Source of the DNA: the human T2T-CHM13v2.0 reference genome, Homo sapiens
Assembly (NCBI RefSeq): GCF_009914755.1
Contig: NC_060947.1
Reading direction: 5' to 3' (one strand)
Length of the DNA stretch: 64,000 nucleotides
Both the position numbers and the translations under genes were made by a program. The notes under the pieces were generated by a model that was given only the letters and a program-made list of their open reading frames with translations, had not been told where the DNA came from and searched no databases. This document shows positions 57,925 through 64,000 of the stretch, one piece after another (positions within the stretch are counted from its first letter, which is position 1; each line of letters begins with the position of its first letter).

Positions 57925-60290
57925 GACAATTCAATACTAGTTGTAGACTTCAATGTCTCACTTTCCACAATGGATAGAACAAGTAGGCAAAAGATCAAGA
58001 AGGAAATAGAAGATATTATTATACTATGCTATAAATCAAATAGACCTAACAGACATCTATAAAATGCTCTGAAGAGCAGAATACACATTCTTCTTGAGTG
58101 GGTGTGGAAGATTTCCAGGAGAGACCATATGCCATGCCATAAAACAAGTGTCAATAAATTGAAAAGATAAGAATAATACAACATATGTTTCCTGTTCACA
58201 ATGAAATAATATTAGAAATAAATAAGAGAAAGAAGTTTTGGAGCTTCATAAATATGTGGGGATTAAAAAACACAGTCCTACATAGTCAATGGATCAAATT
58301 AAAAAATCACAAAGGTAATTAGAAAATCCTTTGAGAGGAATGAACATAAAATATACAAAAACTTATGGGTTGTAGCTGAAGTAGTGCTAACAGGGAAATG
58401 TATAACTGTAAATGCTCATATTAAAAAATGAGAAGGATACCTTCCATCTAAGACACTGGAAAAATGTGGACCAACTAAACCTAAAGCAACTAAAACGATG
58501 AAAGTAATAAAGATTAAAGCAGAAATTAATGAAGTAGTAAGTACAAAAGCAATGGAGATAATCAAAGAAACCAAAAATTTTTTCCTTTGAAAAGATAAAA
58601 TTGATGAACTCATATGTATACTGATCAAATAAAGCATTTTGGAAAGAATCAAAATTAGAAATGAAAAAAAGAACATTATTATTGATTTCACAGCAATAAA
58701 AAGGATTATAAGAGAACACTATGTATAATTTTATGCCAACAAAGTAGATAACCAGGATGAAATGTACAAATTCCTACAAAACAAAAACTACTACTTTCAA
58801 TTTCTGGTCCAGTAAAGAGTTTGGAAGTCATTACTCTCATCTTCACAATGAGAAAAAGGCTGAACAAACTGAAACTCAACAACTCCTCCTAGATCCTTTA
58901 AAGAATTGAGATTGTAGGTCAAACTGTTGTCCCCCAACCCACAAATTGGAGAGACAGACAGATGAATACAGAGAACCACAGCTTATTGGAGTAGAAACAC
59001 AGGAGCAGAAATTACCACTGGAATAAGTACTGGGGTAGGAAAACAAACTGTAATTGATGAATTGCTGGAGGCTGAATGTGGACAAATTTGCGAGTTAGAA
59101 ACTCCAGGGGGTGGGGGTCCCAGTCTTGGTGGGCAGTGCCCTCGCATTTTGTGAGTTTTACCTCCAGAAACCTTACCACATTCTCATGGTGAAGATTGGA
59201 TAAAAGTTCAGTGGTAGTTCTGGCAGGGCAACAAAAAGTTATCATTTTGAAATATGCCCAGAGCATTTTGTTCTTCTTAACAAGACCTGTCATTAAGAAA
59301 AACTGTTTTCAGAGCTTAACTATCAGAGTTTTACCAGAGCCTAACAAACCTGGGGGAAGAGAAATAACCAACTCCACCCACCTCTAGCTTTCCATCTTGG
59401 GAAAGGGAAATACCAATTTCAGTCTCCTCTAGCCTCCTGCCTCATCTAAGGGGGAAAGAACTGAGAAGCTCTTCTGAAGGTCAAGCCTAGGGGCACAGGT
59501 TTATTAAAAGACTGGGACCTAATCATAGGACTATAAAATGCATTCCCTCCACCTACGCCTTACCACTACATCAATAAGGCTCCTGTATAATAACAGGGAG
59601 ATATAATGAGAAGAACTGCACATTTCAGACATTATTTAAGAAGTTTCTATGGAAATCCAAAGACAACATGGGAGACAAAAACACCAGAGGAAAGTTCAGT
59701 CTCTGGCATATACAGCTACAGCAAACAGTAAACACAGCCTAGTTTCTAGCCAGATAAACATGAAACCTCACCCCAAAGACCTATTTACCTCAGTTTCTTT
59801 TCCCCAATTCATCATGCTCAGCATTCAATAAAAATTAAGAGGCATGCTAAAAGACAAAAAATACAATGTGAAGAGACCGACCTAACATAATAACCAGACC
59901 CAGATATGATAGAAATGTAAAAATTGACAGACCAGGAATTTAAGACAAGTATGATAAATATACCAAGGGCTGTATTGGAAAAAGTAGTCAACATTCAAAA
60001 AGAGACGAGTAATGTAAGCAGAGAGATGAAAACTCAAGGAATCAATGGGAAAACCTAGAAATAAAGAAAGTACCACAATTGAAATGAAGATTGCCCTTGA
60101 TGATCTCACCAAGTGCCTGGGTATGGCCAAAGAAAGAATTGGTGAGCTTGAAGAAATATCAGTAGAAACTTCCACAACTGAATTGCAAAGAGAGAAAGAA
60201 TAATAATAAGGGCAGAACAGAATAGCCAATGACTATGGGACAATTATGAAAGGTGTAACATATACCTAATGAGATATTAGAAGAAGAACA

Positions 60291-60415
60291 GGGTACAGTG
60301 TACACTGCTCAGGTGATGAGTGCACCATAATCTCAGAAATCACCACTAAAGAACTTATCCATTTAGCAAGAAACCACCTGTTCTCCAAAAACTATTGAAA
60401 TAAAATAAAATAAAA
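60291..60415 (+). mobile_element. L1PB/L1MA extreme 3' end (5'-truncated insertion)
   Basis: gggtacagtgtacactgctcaggtgatg...accactaaagaacttatcc...A tail; TSD agaagaagaa. Confidence 0.85.
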
Positions 60416-61231
60416 AGAAGAAGAAAGTAAAGAACTAAATAAATACCAAAGCAATATTGACTGAGATTTCCCAATTTACTTACACATATCAAGCCACAGA
60501 CCCAGGAAAGTTAGTTAACACCAAGCAGAATAAAGAATAAAAATGTACACCTAGCCATATTATATTTGAATTGCAAAAAATCAAAGACAAAGAGAAAATC
60601 TTGGGAAAAAAAAAAGCCAGTGGGAAAGAAACAGCTTACCCATATAAAGCAGCAAGTTTAAGATTACATTGAACTCATTGGAAACCATATAACCAAGAAG
60701 AGAGTGAAGTGAAATACTCAGTGTTGAAAGAACAAAGAAACACCAACCTAGAATTCTGTATCCAGAAAAATTATCTTTCAGAAGTGAAGGAGAAATAGAT
60801 TTTATTAGACAAACAAAAATTGAGGGAAAAAAATTAAACAAAAAATTGAGGGAATTTATCAGCAGTATACTTGCCTTGCAAAAAATGTTAAAGTTCTTCA
60901 GAAAGAAGTAAAACTGAATAGATTGTAAATTAGGATTAACATAAGAAATGAAGAGACTTACATAAGAAATAAATGAAGGTTAAAATAAAATATTTTATTT
61001 TTTCTTTTATAATAAAATGAAATATTTTATTATTCTGAATAAATATAATAATGATAGCAACAGTGTATTGGAAAATTATAGCTTATGAATAAGTGAAATG
61101 AATTACAATAATATTATAAGGGACAGGAGGGAGGAACTGGGAATGTTCTAAGTTACTTGTATATCCATAAAGTGGTATAGCATTATCTGAAATTGAACTT
61201 GGATATATTGTAAACGTATATTGCAAACTCA

Positions 61232-62031
<800 letters not shown>

Positions 62032-62254
62032 AAATACAATTGATATGCTAAGAGAGGAGAAAAAACTGGAATCACATAAAATGCTCAATTAAAACCAGAG
62101 AAGGCAGAAAAATAGAAGACCAAAAAAGAGACAAAGAATAAGAAAGGGCAACAAAAATACTAACAGAAACAGTTGATATTAATTCAATTATATTAGTAAT
62201 CACTTTAAAGGTCAATCATGTAAATACAAAAATTAAAAAATGGTGACTCTCTTA

Positions 62255-62363
62255 TACGAAAAATATACTTGCACATTCATGTTTATAGTAGCACAATTCG
62301 CAATTGCAAAAATGTGGAACTAACCAAAATACCCATCAATCAATGAGTGGATAAAGAAAGTTT

Positions 62364-62415
<52 letters not shown>

Positions 62416-62842
62416 AGCTTATACACACACACACACACACACATATATATATGATGGAATACTACTCAGCCATAAAAAGGAATGAATTAATGGCATTCGC
62501 AACAACCTGGATGAGATTAGGGACTATTATTCTAAGTGAAGTAACTTAGGAATGGAAAACCAAACATCATATGTTCTCACTCATAAGTGGGAGCTAAGCT
62601 ATGAGGATGAAAAGGCATAAGAATGACACAATGGACTTTGGGGACTCAGGGGCAAATGGTGGGAAGTGGGTGAGGGGTAAAAGACTACAAATTGGGTGCA
62701 GCGTATACTTCTCGGGTGATGGATGCACCAAAATCTCACAAATCACCAGCAAAGAACATACTCATGTAACCAAACACCACCTGTTCCCCAATAACTATGG
62801 AAATAAAAAATTAAAAAAAAATAACAAAAAACAAAAACAAAA
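62255..62842 (+). mobile_element. L1PB1-like 3' end
   Basis: gcacaattcgcaattgcaaaaatgtggaac...ggaatactactcagccataaaaagg; TSD aaaatggtgact. Confidence 0.88.
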
Positions 62843-62991
62843 ATGGTGACTATTTGAGTGGATATGAAAACAAGATCCAACCATATGTTGTGTATAAGAA
62901 ACCCCAGTTAGAGATAAAGACTCAAAAAATAAAGGAATAGAGAAAGATAAACCATGTTAACATAATCAAAAGAGAGCTAGAGTATATATAA

Positions 62992-63404
<413 letters not shown>

Positions 63405-64000
63405 TATATTAATATTATATATTACATTCAGACAAAGCAGACTTCAGAACAAGAAAAAGTATCGGGATAAAGTGGGGAAAAATAATAAAGGAGTCAGTTT
63501 TCCAAGAAGACATAACAATCCTGAATGTGTATGTGCCTAACAACATGTTAACACGTGAGGCAAAAACTAATAAAACTTCAAGGAGAAATAGATGAATCCA
63601 CTATTATAGTGAATGTCAACATCCTTCTATCAGTAATTGACAGATCCAGCCAGCAGAAAATCAGTTAAGGATATAGTTGAACTGAACAACACCATCAATC
63701 AAGTAAATCTAATTGACATTTATAGAATACTTCATCTAACAGCAGCAGAATGCATGCTGTTCTGAAGCTCACACAGAGCATCCACCAAGATGAAACACAT
63801 TCTGGACCATGAAACACAACTTAATACACTTAAAAGAATAGAAATCACAGAAAGGAATCTCTCGGATTGCAATGAAATTAAACAAAACATTCAATTACAG
63901 AAAGATAGTTGGGGAACTCCAAACCTGAAGATTAAACAACACACTTCTATATAATCCATCGGTCAAAGAAGAAGTCTCAAGAGAAATTTGAAAATATTTG

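Larger units (their letters stand above)
54590..58790 (+). mobile_element. Cluster of old L1 fragments (5' region and ORF2 pieces) with nested MLT1 LTRs and AluJ
   Basis: A-rich plus strand; L1 ORF2-like gacctaacagacatctat, gcagaatacacattcttc and tatgccaacaaagtagataacc. Confidence 0.75.

Overview
Primate (human-like) euchromatic DNA, AT-rich and dominated by interspersed repeats: about 36 Alu/FLAM copies, old L1 and L2 fragments, MaLR/ERV LTRs and small DNA transposons. No credible multi-exon protein-coding gene or intact long ORF is visible; the ORF track is mostly Alu-, L1- or microsatellite-derived. The window looks like a large intron or intergenic interval, and I cannot name the locus. 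Recognisable small elements are a U13 (SNORD13-like) snoRNA retrocopy at 38.9-39.0 kb, a MADE1/miR-548-type hairpin at 16.1 kb, a probable short mRNA 3'-end retrocopy at 0.53-0.67 kb and a good CTCF motif at 39.9 kb. The most unusual structure is at 46.7-49.6 kb: a ~1.8 kb degenerate 10-bp tandem array with an ordered ~70-bp higher-order pattern, split by an AluS and followed by a degenerate (CCCTAA)n tract fused to an L1 fragment. Its variant pairs (CTGG/CCAG, CTGTGA/CCATGA, AATTGA/AATCAA) are what CpG deamination of an ancestral CpG-dense array would leave. Repeat subfamily names were assigned by eye from remembered consensus sequences, and boundaries are approximate.
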